From assembly GCA_000165345.1 (NCBI GenBank), contig CM000433.1, forward strand, positions 992,001 to 1,056,000: DNA of 64,000 nucleotides, written 5' to 3'. Below the pieces are notes generated by a model, which did no database searches, was not told where the DNA came from, and saw only the letters and a list, made by a program, of their open reading frames with translations. Within the stretch, counting starts at the first letter, position 1, and every line of letters begins with the position of its first letter. Shown piece by piece: positions 32,578 through 62,874 of this stretch. Made by a program: the position numbers and the translations under genes.

Positions 32578-33380
32578 CAAAGTTTACATTAATTTTGTTA
32601 TTAAATTAAGAAGAAAAATTATTTATTAATCTATCATTATTCTGCATGCATTTTTTTTAAAAATATTTACTTGCATTTCCACATGTACTCACGTTTCAGT
32701 ACCGGCAATATTATTAATGACGTGTGAATCACCCCGCTCAAAGTGTAAATAGGGAATATAATTGAGTGGGGCAATTAGTAATATTAATAATAATAATATT
32801 ATTATTATTAATATTATTATTATTATTAAATTAAAAATAAATTAATTCAGAGTTAATATAGTTATTCTTGTAATTAAATTTTTTTTGTTTTTTTAAGAAA
32901 AAAAGTTAATACATTGTCTTTGATAGTTGATCACTTTTTTAATAGATTCAACATGCTATCAGTAGTTTAGTTAGTAAATTGAAATAGATTCGTATTTTTT
33001 TCGGTATATTTGACTCTAAATATTATGAATCATACAAATGTATTTAAAAAATATGTTACCCCACATTAAATAAAAAGATACCGTGTATTAGGGAAAAATT
33101 GAAATTAATGATTAATAATAGTAAAATAAGGTTTTATTTTACTTTCTTTAAAAAAAATAAATAAATGATGATGAATTTAGGTTATTAATGCAAGTATAAT
33201 ACTTAAGAGGTATATATATTTATATTTCATTTATTATTAAAGAAAAAGGAAATTAAAAATAGTAATAATTAAAGTTGAAAAGTATTCATATTTAAACCCA
33301 AATAAAATTAGTTAATTTTTTTTATTTTCAATAAATAAAAACCCATAATAAAAAGGGTAAAACTAACATTTAGTGTTTTC

Positions 33381-35351
33381 ATGGATTCAATTAACTTTAG
33401 AAGCATTTATATTCCATCAGCAGTAAGGTATATTATATTACTTTTATTATGGACAATATTTACAAAAAATGTTTATAGTAAAAGTAGTGAGGAAACTTTA
33501 TTGGGAAGATCGGTATTGGATTTAAATAAGAAAAATACATGTGAATACTATGGAGAGCAGGATGGTATATTTACTGATTCATTTCACTCAAGAATATGTA
33601 TAGTTCCAGAAGATGGATTACATGGAAAAAGGGAATACGAAAATCATCAAAGAAAAACATTTGGAACAATTAGACCAAATAATAAACAATTATCTAATAA
33701 TAAATTATATAGGAAAGATGATCATTTAACTTCTTCAATTGCAGATTTTGATAGTAATTCTGTGAGAATACAAAGAAAAAACGTGGATTTAGAAGCTATG
33801 TTTGGAATAGGAAAAGATAACAACAGAATGAATCTTAATAATGAAGCAGTTCAAAGTTTCTATTCAAATAATGAAACAGAAACCCAAGATAAGAATGCGA
33901 CAAACGACTATTTTTTATTTAAAGAAGGACTTTTGAAATATCAAGAGAAAAAGATATTAAGATATTATTTATATGATGTAGGAAATAAAGTCCATTCAGA
34001 TACTATAGCTTATCCAGAAAATATTATATCAGAAAACTCTGCATTTAACTATTTGGGGAATTATGCAGATGTTTATGAAATTAGTAAAGTATCAGATCCA
34101 CCAGTAATTTCATGGCCAAATAATCACATAGTTTTTGTACATTCTCAAGTAAAATCTGATGGTACATTTAGATTTCAAGTATATACTAGCTCAGGAGAGG
34201 TAGGATTTTATTTTGAAGTAACTGGTAATAGTTATAAAACAGGTTGTGGTAGTTATTCTAGAAGTGATAACAGCAAATTTACTCACTCAGCAAATTCTTT
34301 AATTCAAGTACAATTAGTAAGAAGAAAGTTTGGATTTAATGTATTTGTTGATGGTACTAGAAGAACAAAATTAGATATTATTGATTGTATTGCAAGTGTT
34401 CCAACTAAAGTTCAAATAACTAGTGGATCAGGATCACAAATTTATCCAAAAGTAGAAGATTGCCAAATCTCACAGTGGACAGATTGGTCAACTTGTTCAA
34501 AAACTTGCTCAACTGGTTCAAAAGCTAGATACCGTTCAGTAATTATGCCAAGTATGAATGGTGGTTTACCATGTCCTAAATTACTTGATTCAAGTCCTTG
34601 TAATGCTGATATTTCATGCTCACCATGCCAATATTCGGAATGGACAATGTGGGGTGAGTGCTCAGCTACTTGTGGATCAGGATCAACAACCAGAACAAGA
34701 AAGTTATTAAGTGCAGCATATTTTATTGAAAGCTGTATTGATACATTCCAATTAAAATCTTGCCATGGTGTTTCTTGCGCTAGTGATTGTATTGTAACAG
34801 AATGGTCAGATTGGAGCGAATGTAGTACAACTTGTGGTGTTGGAAGTCAAATTTCCACAAGATCCATAGTTGTTCCAGAACAAAATGGTGGAAAATGTGA
34901 TCATGATCTTAACAAAGTCCAAGAATGTAATGTTTCTGTTTGCTCCAAGTCTTGTGATCCTTCTCCATGCTTAAATGGCGGTATTTGTAGTGAATTACCA
35001 AAGTCAAACTTCGCTTGTACATGCCCGCCATTTTACGGAGGAGAAACTTGTGATCAATTTGAATTTCCTTGGTGGTTTTATAATATTATAATTGTTTTAG
35101 CTGTTTTGGCTGTTGGGATATTTTATAAGTCTCAAATTTCAAATATAGTTACTCCAAATACAATGGATCCTTCATATGCAGGAGATGGGGATTATGCCTT
35201 CAGTCAAGGCCCTGCTCCCCCAGATCCAGTACAAGCAGCAAATGGACAACCTCAATACTACCCAAATGCGTATAATTACAACTATGGGTATTATGACAAT
35301 TCTAATGAGGGATATTTGGTAAATAATGATGAAGGAAATTGGATGTACTAG
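33381..35351 (+). CDS. Thrombospondin type-1 repeat / EGF-domain transmembrane adhesin, TRAP-like micronemal protein
   Basis: N-terminal signal peptide. Three TSP1 repeats (WTDWSTCSKTCSTGS, WTMWGECSATCGSGS, WSDWSECSTTCGVGS). EGF-like CDPSPCLNGGICS...CTCPPFYGGETC. A transmembrane helix IIIVLAVLAVGIFY. Acidic cytoplasmic tail ending ...DEGNWMY, with a sub-terminal Trp as in TRAP-family adhesins. Confidence 0.85.
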   Translation: MDSINFRSIYIPSAVRYIILLLLWTIFTKNVYSKSSEETLLGRSVLDLNKKNTCEYYGEQDGIFTDSFHSRICIVPEDGLHGKREYENHQRKTFGTIRPNNKQLSNNKLYRKDDHLTSSIADFDSNSVRIQRKNVDLEAMFGIGKDNNRMNLNNEAVQSFYSNNETETQDKNATNDYFLFKEGLLKYQEKKILRYYLYDVGNKVHSDTIAYPENIISENSAFNYLGNYADVYEISKVSDPPVISWPNNHIVFVHSQVKSDGTFRFQVYTSSGEVGFYFEVTGNSYKTGCGSYSRSDNSKFTHSANSLIQVQLVRRKFGFNVFVDGTRRTKLDIIDCIASVPTKVQITSGSGSQIYPKVEDCQISQWTDWSTCSKTCSTGSKARYRSVIMPSMNGGLPCPKLLDSSPCNADISCSPCQYSEWTMWGECSATCGSGSTTRTRKLLSAAYFIESCIDTFQLKSCHGVSCASDCIVTEWSDWSECSTTCGVGSQISTRSIVVPEQNGGKCDHDLNKVQECNVSVCSKSCDPSPCLNGGICSELPKSNFACTCPPFYGGETCDQFEFPWWFYNIIIVLAVLAVGIFYKSQISNIVTPNTMDPSYAGDGDYAFSQGPAPPDPVQAANGQPQYYPNAYNYNYGYYDNSNEGYLVNNDEGNWMY

Positions 35352-35761
35352 TTTATTTACTTCATTATTATTCTTTTCTCTTCTTCTATATTACATCCGA
35401 ATATATAAATATATATATATATATTTATTTATTTATTTACTTATTTATATATTTATATTTATATATTTAAATAATACGAATTTGCCACTCACAGCATATA
35501 TGCATGCATGCAATATTTAGGCGGCAATAATCGACCAAATTGATTGCATGTGGGTCAACACTAATAATAATAATAGTAATAGGCCAATACAAATAGAGTT
35601 TAAGGTTTATCAATTTTTTAAATACTTAATTCAAAATATTCCTCTCAATTTGATCTTATAAATGCTAATCTATTTTAGTTTAGGAAAATGAGACAAGACT
35701 AGGTCAAAGTCATAAATACAAACAAAAATAATAAATCAAATGAACTTTTCTTTAGTATTCC

Positions 35762-42613
<6,852 letters not shown>

Positions 42614-42615
42614 AT

Positions 42616-50886
<8,271 letters not shown>

Positions 50887-52289
50887 GCCTCCAAGCTCCT
50901 AAGCTTTTATGAGGATCATTTTCATCATATATTAACAAATATTTGGATTCTAATGCTTGGACTGTTTTCTTATCATTCATACTTTTTTCATCACTGGTTT
51001 CCAATAACTTATTTCTAACATTGACTATATTCACCATTTCATAGCTGGCTTTATCATTCTTTATCCTATTTGGACTATTACTAGGAGATTGATGGTTATG
51101 AGGATGAGAATTACGATGATTATGGTTACGATGATGATTTCCAATAGATGATTCAGAATTAAAATCTTTCAATCGTCCTTCATCAATTGAATTAAAATTA
51201 AAAGTATTAGGGAAGTACTGACCAATATAAATTCCAACCTCATTAATCTCAATAGTCTTATATAAAGCATTCGGATCATCCAATTTTTGACTTTCAGAAT
51301 TCAAAGAACTTGTATCACGATTACCTAAAGAATCTGTTGTTACCACAAAACCTGACTTAATCATTGCTCCCATAATAATATCACTTCTGGTATTTCTTGA
51401 ATGATTTACTACAAGCTTATCATCACTTGATTGAAATCCTACCATACATATATGAATATCTTGAATCTCTAATTGAACATTTGCAACAATCTTCTTAATT
51501 ATTCTCCATAGTAAATTAGTTCCATTTGCTGAATTATTTGCATCATCCGACCCTCCAATTGATTTTGAATCTTTAACACCATTCAAATCCTTTCTTTCGT
51601 CTTTTGATAAATGGCCCACACTTTCTGGAACTTCATTCGGATTATTACTCGAATTAGATAACTCTCCATTCAAAAAACGCTCATTTAAACGCTTTTCTTT
51701 AAATTCTATCAACTTTTCTTTTGCTTCTCTAAGCTCTTTTCTCAAAGTATCTTCATCCACATTTCCATAATCTTTTGGTCTTACTACAACATGTAATTCT
51801 TTGAGTTTTATTACTAAAGGTTTATAACCTAAAGAAGTCCATGGTATTGTAATAGAAACATGACCAATTTGACCAGAAACTATTGATAATGGTAAATGTA
51901 GAATATCACCAAGATTCTCTTTCAGCTTCAAATTCTCTAATACTAAATTTCCTGATAATACTCCAAGCCTTAAGTTTTCACGGCTTAAGTTGTACACATA
52001 TGGCTCCAAATACCTTCCAAGTAATCTTTGTAATATAGTTTCCAACATTTCTCAACTTATTCTTTAAATAAAGTTTACATATGTTTCTAAATAATTTAAC
52101 CACAGATTAATATTATATTTTTCTTTTTATGCCACCATATCATTTACAATATTACTTCTTTATGTATTAAAATAACAAAAGAAAGCCAATTTTTTATTTA
52201 TTTTCTTTCTTCCTTCTACAAGACAATATTTTAAATTGTACTGAAATTCACTGGCCTTAAAATTAATCTTTTTGATGATTTATTAAACT

Positions 52290-52312
52290 GGGTACCGAGT
52301 CGATATTCGAAT
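52290..52312. other. Probable residual cloning-vector polylinker at a contig end
   Basis: gggtaccgagtcgatattcgaat resembles the pUC-type MCS GGGTACCGAGCTCGAATTC (the second half of the SmaI site, then KpnI-SacI-EcoRI) with a few base-call errors. It lies directly before the N gap. Confidence 0.45.
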
Positions 52313-52412
52313 NNNNNNNNNNNNNNNNNNNNNNNNNNNNNNNNNNNNNNNNNNNNNNNNNNNNNNNNNNNNNNNNNNNNNNNNNNNNNNNNNNNNNNNN
52401 NNNNNNNNNNNN
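52313..52412. other. Scaffold gap, exactly 100 N
   Basis: Run of 100 n characters. The composition differs on each side. Confidence 0.95.
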
Positions 52413-53206
52413 TTTAAAATCAATTAATTAATTCTTTTAATAAATAAATAGATAAATTTCTTATATAATTTTGATTTTAAAGAAAAAAAAAAAAAAAATA
52501 TAAGAATAACTATTAGATAATACATTGATAATAGGATTAATAGTTATAGCATTATTATTAATAATAGGATTTAATAATGTTAATAATTATAATGATAATA
52601 GAAATAATTACAGGTTAATACTAATATTAAAAATAATAATAACAATAATAATAGTAAATAGAAAAATAAAAGTACAAATATTAATTATTTCTTAAACATA
52701 ATAATTATTAGTACTATTTTAAACAACTAAATAATTAATTAGTTTTATCACTTTTAAAAACAAAATTTTTCTTTTTTTACAAATCAAAAAACCCACATTC
52801 AATTTTCAAATAGTTGTCATTAAAAACTTATTTAAAAAATTCAACCAATTAAAAACACCACCAACTCCAATATTAATAAATATATTAAGTAATTATATTA
52901 TCATAAATTTACTTAATTTATTTCATTAATAAAAATCCCATTTAAATTTTCTTTTATAAGATAATCGTAATAAAAATCATCATCATTATTATCATCTCAA
53001 ACTTAAGTATTTAAATAAAATAAACTCTGATAAATCTTCTTTCAAGCAATTATTATTTTATACTCAAGTTTTTTTTTTCATTTATTCAAACAAAATCCTC
53101 ATACACATTTTTTTCTCATGCAATTATTATTTCCTACTTAAATTGATTAAAGAAATTTAAACAAACCCACATAAATCTATTCTTCTCTTAAAAAAGAATT
53201 ATATCA

Positions 53207-53515
53207 TCATCTTAATAATTTTACTTCTTCATTTGATTTATTTCGATAATTTTCTTCATTACTTATACTATTATTTATATCTATACGTAATTTTTCTAAT
53301 AAATCATTTATTAATACTTTCATACCAAATAAATTTTTTGTTAAATATTCAATACCATTTATATTTAATAAATATTTCTCAACATTATATTGATATGATA
53401 TTTTTTCACATTCATAATCTATTATTACATTATTAATTATTGTACATTTACAATTTTTTTTGCAATGGTACACCAATATAATAATGATTATTATTAATAT
53501 CATCATTATATTCAA
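53207..53515 (-). CDS. Possible 3' extension of the 53448-54236 secreted-protein gene in an alternate frame, or a spurious ORF
   Basis: It overlaps the end of the upstream ORF by about 68 bp. A(8)/T(8) runs lie at the junction. Confidence 0.2.
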   Translation of the reverse strand: MNIMMILIIIIIILVYHCKKNCKCTIINNVIIDYECEKISYQYNVEKYLLNINGIEYLTKNLFGMKVLINDLLEKLRIDINNSISNEENYRNKSNEEVKLLR

Positions 53516-54236
53516 ATATTACAAAAAAAATTTTATCTTTATGTAAATCATTTTTATAGCTGGTCAATTTTTCTTCATTATTATAAAATTCTTTAAATAT
53601 TATTTTATTATTTAAATTATCAATATATTCTGGTTCTTGTTCTTTTACAAAATTTATTATATCTTCTGATTTTATTATTTTTTCATCAAAATCTCTTAAA
53701 TATTTTGGTAATTCTGGTATTTCTTTTAATTGATAAGAATAATATTTTGCAACTAGTGAAAAAGCTGGAATAGAAGGACGATCTACATCATTAGTTATTG
53801 GAGTTATTCTAAACTTATTATTTTCTACATCAAGTATTAATTTTGAAGCACAAAATATCTTTCCTAGAAGAAAATTTTTATTAATATTATTATAAAATAT
53901 TATTCTTAATACATCAAAATCACTTTTTTTAATTATGAACTTGCGGAGACCAGCTTCAATATTAAATGGATGAGGGTCTGCTTTATTACAATTTAAAGTA
54001 ATATTATATTTATTTAAAAATGGAAATGTTAATAATTCATTACCTTGTGTAATTGCAACAAGGTAATTATTATTATCAGTACCATTCATAGTATTATTAT
54101 TAATATCATATGGAACAAAATGTCCTTCATAAAATGTTATATGATGACTATCAGGAGGATAAAAGATGTCAAAAAAAGTTAATCCATATGTGTATTTAAA
54201 TAATAGTAATAATATTAAATAATTAATAAAATTCAT
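53448..54236 (-). CDS. Predicted secreted hypothetical protein (262 aa)
   Basis: N-terminal signal peptide MNFINYLILLLLFKYTYGL. No known domain. It may continue into the overlapping 53207-53515 ORF through a homopolymer-associated frame change. Confidence 0.5.
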   Translation of the reverse strand: MNFINYLILLLLFKYTYGLTFFDIFYPPDSHHITFYEGHFVPYDINNNTMNGTDNNNYLVAITQGNELLTFPFLNKYNITLNCNKADPHPFNIEAGLRKFIIKKSDFDVLRIIFYNNINKNFLLGKIFCASKLILDVENNKFRITPITNDVDRPSIPAFSLVAKYYSYQLKEIPELPKYLRDFDEKIIKSEDIINFVKEQEPEYIDNLNNKIIFKEFYNNEEKLTSYKNDLHKDKIFFVIFEYNDDINNNHYYIGVPLQKKL

Positions 54237-54507
54237 CTTTATTTTATAATATTAATATTACTGGTAATAATTTATCTAAAATTTTTTTTTTTTTTTTTAT
54301 AATAATACAAAATAATTTATTTTTAATGTCAATTTAAGATCATTTATTTTTCTTTATAATTATTTTATGCGGTAATATTAAGACATTTTATTTATTTTAT
54401 TTTTATTAATTTTATAAGATAATGTCAAATTAAGATCTTTTTTTTTTTCTTTTTTTTTTTTTTATTTTATCTTTTCTATTTTATTATTATTATTTTTTTC
54501 TTTTAAA

Positions 54508-54561
54508 ATTAATTAATTAATTAATTAATTAATTAATTATTCTTCTTCTTCTTCTTCTTCT
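54508..54561. repeat. (AATT)n followed by (TCT)n microsatellites in the divergent promoter upstream of guaA
   Basis: aattaattaattaattaattaattaatt followed by tcttcttcttcttcttcttc. Confidence 0.9.
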
Positions 54562-54600
54562 TTATTATTATTATTATAATCATTATTTAATATATTTATT

Positions 54601-56655
<2,055 letters not shown>

Positions 56656-56665
56656 TAATACATGA

Positions 56666-57484
56666 TTAAAGTATAAAAAATAAATTTTCGAATTTATTTA
56701 AATCCAATCTTTTTTCTAAATATTCACTTGAAATATATTTAAGTACCTTTGATAATGTATTGCCTTCTGATTCTAAGCGTTTACAATCGATTAATTCTTT
56801 TGAATTGGATTTTGAAACACAATATAATTCATAAGATATTAATCTAATTGATAATAATTTCTCATATTCAGTAATTATTTTTCTTATAAATGATCTTTCT
56901 ATTTCAGTCATATCATAGTCTGCTATTTTCTTTCCATTCTTCCAAACGTAATCACCTTCTTGAAAATATATATAATTTAACGATATTAATTCTAATTCTA
57001 ATTTAAAACATTCTCTTAATTTTTTATTTCTTTCATTTCTTAATAATTTTATTCTATCTTTTAATAAAGTGTTTGCTAAATAATTTGCATCACCACAACC
57101 TGTTCCATCATGATATCCATCATCATCACCACATGCAACTCTCATAAGAAAATTTAAATAGGATTTGTATTCTTCCATTAAACCTAATATAATTGAATAT
57201 TCAGGTATTAATTTGTAACAATCTGCCGCCAAACTTGTTTTTGAATGTTTATATAAATGCTCATTTTTTCTAATTTGTGGATACATTTCTAATGGATGAA
57301 TAGACATAAATTTCCTTGGTATATTAGCTGAAATATTATATTTTTTATAATATTCTGCATCATTAGATGTTGAGTTATTCACTATATATAATAATGAAAA
57401 ATTCATTAATCCATTTCTAGAAGAATTTGATTTGTTATTTATTAAAATAATTATGGAAAAGATGAATAAAAGTTCTAATTTCAT
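56666..57484 (-). CDS. Predicted secreted hypothetical protein (272 aa)
   Basis: Signal peptide MKLELLFIFSIIILINN. Conserved Cys pairs. No recognisable domain. Its stop codon lies 10 bp from the guaA stop codon (convergent genes). Confidence 0.5.
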   Translation of the reverse strand: MKLELLFIFSIIILINNKSNSSRNGLMNFSLLYIVNNSTSNDAEYYKKYNISANIPRKFMSIHPLEMYPQIRKNEHLYKHSKTSLAADCYKLIPEYSIILGLMEEYKSYLNFLMRVACGDDDGYHDGTGCGDANYLANTLLKDRIKLLRNERNKKLRECFKLELELISLNYIYFQEGDYVWKNGKKIADYDMTEIERSFIRKIITEYEKLLSIRLISYELYCVSKSNSKELIDCKRLESEGNTLSKVLKYISSEYLEKRLDLNKFENLFFIL

Positions 57485-58309
57485 TATGAATATTGCTAAT
57501 TAAATTATTTTTTAAAATTTGAATACAATTATGAAAAAAATTTAAAAATACTTATATATATAAATTAAATATTTTATTTAAATTAAATTTATTTTAATTA
57601 TTAAACGTGATTATATTTTGCTCGAGAATTTTTATAATTTATTTAATAAAACAAAACATTTATTTAAATTAATGAATATTATTACAAGTAAAAATAATAG
57701 AATAAAATATTATTTTTAATAATAACCCGCCATATACATTTTAATTCATTATTAAAATTACATCATTTAAAAATTTGTCCTAATAATTTGAAAATCATTG
57801 AATTTTTTTTTCTCACAGACACCCCTTCAATTCTTTTTCGCACCACCCTTAATTTTTTTCTCACACCCCCCTCAATTTTTTTTTTTCTAATGCACCTTTC
57901 TTAATTAAAACTTAAAATGAAATAATTATTAATAATATTCATGATTTAAAATAAAATATATATTCTTTTTTGTCTTTTCTTTTTTTTTTTTTAATAGTTT
58001 AAGTCAAGTTATTAAATTTGGAATTAAAAAGAAAGAAAAAAAAAAACATTTATAAATTATATGATTAACAATAATATTTAATTAATAATAAAAATTAGAA
58101 AAAAATAACTATAATATTTTTCAGTATATTTGTTTATATAATAGATCTTATTATTAATTTTTTTTTTACTATGAAAAAATTATAAGAAAAAAAAAAAGAT
58201 CTCGAAAAATAATAAAAAATAAAAATAAAAATATTAAATAAATATAATTAAAAAAAATGGTAAATTAAATATTTAATATCAATGAATATTATAGTTGTAG
58301 ATATATAAA

Positions 58310-58344
<35 letters not shown>

Positions 58345-59149
58345 TATTTTTTGTAAAAAATTATAATAAAATTATTTTATGATCTTATCTTTAAATTCTT
58401 GAAATATCGATTCATGCAATTTAAGATATAAAATAAATATATATAGATAGATTTTGCATGCCGACAAGACTGAATCAATTAATTAATTAATTAATTATAT
58501 CACTTTTATCTAGCTTAAGATCATACTAATATAAATCAGTATTACATAATTTAATTTATTATTTATTAAAAGAAAGAAAGAAAAAAAAATGTTTTCTTTT
58601 TTTTTTTTTTTGATTGAATAATAAGTTACTGGAAGAATATATTTGAAAAGAATTTAGTTGATGGCTATATATAATAATCAAAAATAAAAACATCCCGTTA
58701 TTGTTATTACAACTCATTAATAATTTTTATAATTTCCTTTTAATAATTAATAGTATTCAACATTTAAAATGGTGAATTAAAAATTTGATTAAATTTTAAA
58801 ACAAAAATATTTCATGAGTGAGTAACAACAACTTAATATTAACAATATGTTTTTTTTTAAATAATATTTGAAATAAATAATAATTAATGTGTATGCAATA
58901 TAATAATTGATATATATATATATATATATATATCAAATATATTATTAATATGTATATATATACTTGCAAATTATATATATATTCAATATATTAATATTTA
59001 TTTCAAATATTTTTAAAAGATCAGAATGAATGAATGAGAATAAAAAAAAAAAAAGAAGAAATAACAATATTATCAATAAAGTAATAATAATGAAATAATG
59101 ATAATAGTAATAGTAATATTAATATTAAAAGCAATGTTTATTAAAGAAT

Positions 59150-59310
<161 letters not shown>

Positions 59311-59321
59311 TAGTAATAATG

Positions 59322-59365
<44 letters not shown>

Positions 59366-59367
59366 AA

Positions 59368-59429
<62 letters not shown>

Positions 59430-59739
59430 TAATAGTAATAACATCAGAAAAAAAATATTGTCAATTTTTTAAAATATTATTATTGTTTAACAATAAATTA
59501 TTTTAAAAAATAACAATACTTATTAATAAAATAAAATATTGATCATCAATATTTTTGATTTATTAATACTGATATTTATGAATTACTAAGTATATTATTA
59601 TTTTTATAATTATTATTCTTATTATTGCTCTTAATATTCCTAATACTCTTATTATTCCTATTCCTGTTATTATATTATTATTATTATTCGTATTATTTTA
59701 AGTGTTATTTCATATTATTAATATTATTATTATTTTTTA

Positions 59740-59863
<124 letters not shown>

Positions 59864-60452
59864 TTATTGTCATTTCTTATTATTAATGTTATTATTTTAA
59901 ATATTATTTCATATTATTAATATTATTAATAATATTATTCTTTTTTTTTTTATTCTCATTTATTCATTTTATTTCATTTTTTTTTTCTTCAGAACTCTTG
60001 AAAAAAATATTAAATCAATAATAATATGGTAATATTTCAATATTATGGATCATTTAATAATATTTGGTAAAAAATAGAAATGTGAAATAATGATTGGAAT
60101 ATATTTAAAATAAAATATATTATTTAGTTCAGAAATGAAATTGGTTTTCATTTTTAACAATTAATATGTAATAAATACTAATTTTATGTTAATATTATGG
60201 AATTATGAATGGATATTTCAAATATTAATGGATAAAATTCTTATGTTTTTTGATTAAATATTATTGGTTTTTATTTCTTCTATTTTTTTTTTTTTAAATA
60301 ATAAAGATATGAATTCAAATCATCAATATGTATTCAATAATAATCATAAATAAATATTTTCAATAATGATCAAGTTTGAAATATATTCTAATATTATTGA
60401 ATATTAAAGCATCATAGTAAATAAAAATCAAATTAAAAAAAAAGTTAAAAAA

Positions 60453-60880
60453 NAAAGAAAAGTANAAAAAAATTAAAAAAAAAAAAGANGAAATNAAAGT
60501 NATAANAANAAAAAGAANGNAAGNATACTNAAANTTGAAGGAAAAAAGNAATCAAATNAAAACTTGNAAAAAAGAAAAAAAAAANTTAAANNANANACNC
60601 TCAAAAATTNCTAACCAAAATTATAACAANANTANNNNTNTCGNTNNANCANNATTANTATTATTTNCTTTAATAANNATGNNCNACTNATANTNATCNA
60701 TNACTANCTTNTNAATACCTTAATTTTTCATTNATTAAGNTTNTTTTCAACCATAAAAANTTGTTTAAAATGAATTTTANAAATAANTCGNNTCTANAGG
60801 ATATNTTTACNTATATAATNTAATTNAAAAAAANNNGNNNNCNCTTTNCTTTNNCTTTNTTNCTCCCACTTTTNATNTTA
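60453..60880. other. Low-quality, N-peppered, extremely A-rich segment
   Basis: Dozens of single n characters in oligo-A-rich sequence. The ORFs reported across it are artefacts. Confidence 0.9.
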
Positions 60881-60932
60881 NTAATAATTAACAATTATCA
60901 AAATAAATTATTTATTTTATTAAAATAAAATA

Positions 60933-61943
60933 TTATAAAATTTTTTTTAAAAATATTATAAAGTATCTTCGATAATCCCCCTTTTCATCCCAATAACTAC
61001 ATTGTACTTGTGATATATGCTCTTTTCTTAATATTAACATACATAAACGACTTTGTCCTATTCCACCACCTATTGTTTCTGGTAATTCATTATTTAATAA
61101 CATCTTACAATATGGTAATTTTAATCTTTCAGTAGAATTACATATCTCTAATTGTTTTATTAATGATTCTTTATTTACACGTACACCCATTGAACTTAAT
61201 TCAATTGGACCATTTAAAATATTACTCCAATATATTAAATCACCATTATATTCCCAATCATCATAATCTGGTGCACGTAAATCATGCACTGTATTATTAC
61301 TTAATTTTTTACCTATTTGTTTAATAAATACTGATCCATATTTTTTACATATTTCTCTTTCTCTATCATTACTTGATAGATTTGGATACATATTTAATAA
61401 TTCTTCAGATGATATTATATATAATTCTTTTTTTATCATTTCATTTTCATTTGGTATATTTACTATATCTTGTTTTTCTTTTTTCATATTCCAATATAAT
61501 CTTTCTAAATTATATATATTATTATGTATTATTCTTGCTATATCTACTAATATTTCATCTTTTGTTTTACCTTTATTTGTATCTATTACCATTTCCCAAT
61601 CCCATTGATCTACATATATTGAATGTAAATTATCTAATTCTTCTGATTTACGTATTGCATTCATATCTGCATATAAACCATTTAATTCATATTTTTTTAA
61701 TGCATATCTTTTCCATTTTGCTAATGATTGTACTATTTCTAATACTTTATTGTTAAATGTAAATGATACTTTTTCTTCATAACCAGATAAATCATCATTT
61801 AAACCTGATTCTTTTTCAAGAAATAAAGGTGCTGAAATACGAATCAAATCTAATGATTCTTTTAGTAATTGTTGAAATGTTATTTTAATAAATTCAATAT
61901 CTGCTAATACTGTTTTAAATTGGCTTTGTTTTTTAACTTCCAT
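60933..61943 (-). CDS. asnA: Aspartate--ammonia ligase (asparagine synthetase A, AsnA type)
   Basis: Colinear with E. coli AsnA, including SLAKWKR, SIYVDQWDWE, DVRAPDYDDW, ELSSMGVRV and TIGGGIGQSRL blocks. Complete 336 aa ORF. Confidence 0.9.
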   Translation of the reverse strand: MEVKKQSQFKTVLADIEFIKITFQQLLKESLDLIRISAPLFLEKESGLNDDLSGYEEKVSFTFNNKVLEIVQSLAKWKRYALKKYELNGLYADMNAIRKSEELDNLHSIYVDQWDWEMVIDTNKGKTKDEILVDIARIIHNNIYNLERLYWNMKKEKQDIVNIPNENEMIKKELYIISSEELLNMYPNLSSNDREREICKKYGSVFIKQIGKKLSNNTVHDLRAPDYDDWEYNGDLIYWSNILNGPIELSSMGVRVNKESLIKQLEICNSTERLKLPYCKMLLNNELPETIGGGIGQSRLCMLILRKEHISQVQCSYWDEKGDYRRYFIIFLKKIL

Positions 61944-62402
61944 TTTAATAATAATAATATTATTTTATTATCTTATTTAGTTACTTTTATTTAATTATTT
62001 TTAATTTCTGCTTTTTTCTTTCTCTTTTTTTTTTTTTTAATAAATTCATGATTTCTTCCAAGTCCCGCTAATTAATAGAATTATTTATTAATAATTGATG
62101 TTGATATTATTATTATTATTATTTTATTTTTAAAAAACTGATTATTATTTCTAAACTTTTAATATTGAATAACAAGGAATAATATTATTACATTATTTTT
62201 TTTTTCTTTTTTGAATATAATATTTTTCATTTATTATATGTTTTAAATATCATATTTATAAAATTTATTTATCATTAACTATATATTTATAATAATTTAT
62301 TTAAAATCATTAATTATAATCACAAATTTAATAAATTAATGATTAATTATGTTAATTAATTAATCTTAAAATAATAATTATCTTGTATTCATTTATTTAT
62401 TA

Positions 62403-62437
<35 letters not shown>

Positions 62438-62874
62438 CAATATTTTTCTATTTTTATTTTATTTTTTTTTAACGATGTTATTATTAATCAAGAAAAATAA
62501 AGAAAGAAAGATAAATAAAATTAATATTGATTATTAAATATCATTAAAAAAAAAAATCTTTTTCAACAATTTGATATAAGTAATAATAAAAAAAAAAAAA
62601 AAAAAATGAATTTATTATTTTAGGTGGGAAAAAAATATTATAAAATTTTTTTTTTTGGTGGGAAATAAAATAATCCAAGTGCATATAACACGAAATTGTT
62701 TATTTTTATTTTTTTTTTGTTTTATATTATTAATAATTGTATCATTATTTTTATTTCATTTACAATTTATTATTATTTATTAAAAATAAGTTTTTTTTTT
62801 CTTTTTTTTTAAAAAAAATTTCAAGTTATTTTATTGAATCTAAATATTGCAATTAATAATTTTTTAAAAAATAG

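Noticed and set aside
35326-35520. 64-aa ORF overlapping the 3' end of the TSP gene
   Set aside because: It runs through an (AT)n/(ATTT)n low-complexity tract downstream of the TSP stop codon and is not protein-like.
60535-60894. Two ORFs full of X residues
   Set aside because: They span the N-peppered low-quality segment. The translations are meaningless.
61373-61756. 127-aa hydrophobic + strand ORF
   Set aside because: It is antisense to the well-supported asnA gene. Its low-complexity I/L/Y/F composition is typical of the AT-rich reverse frame.
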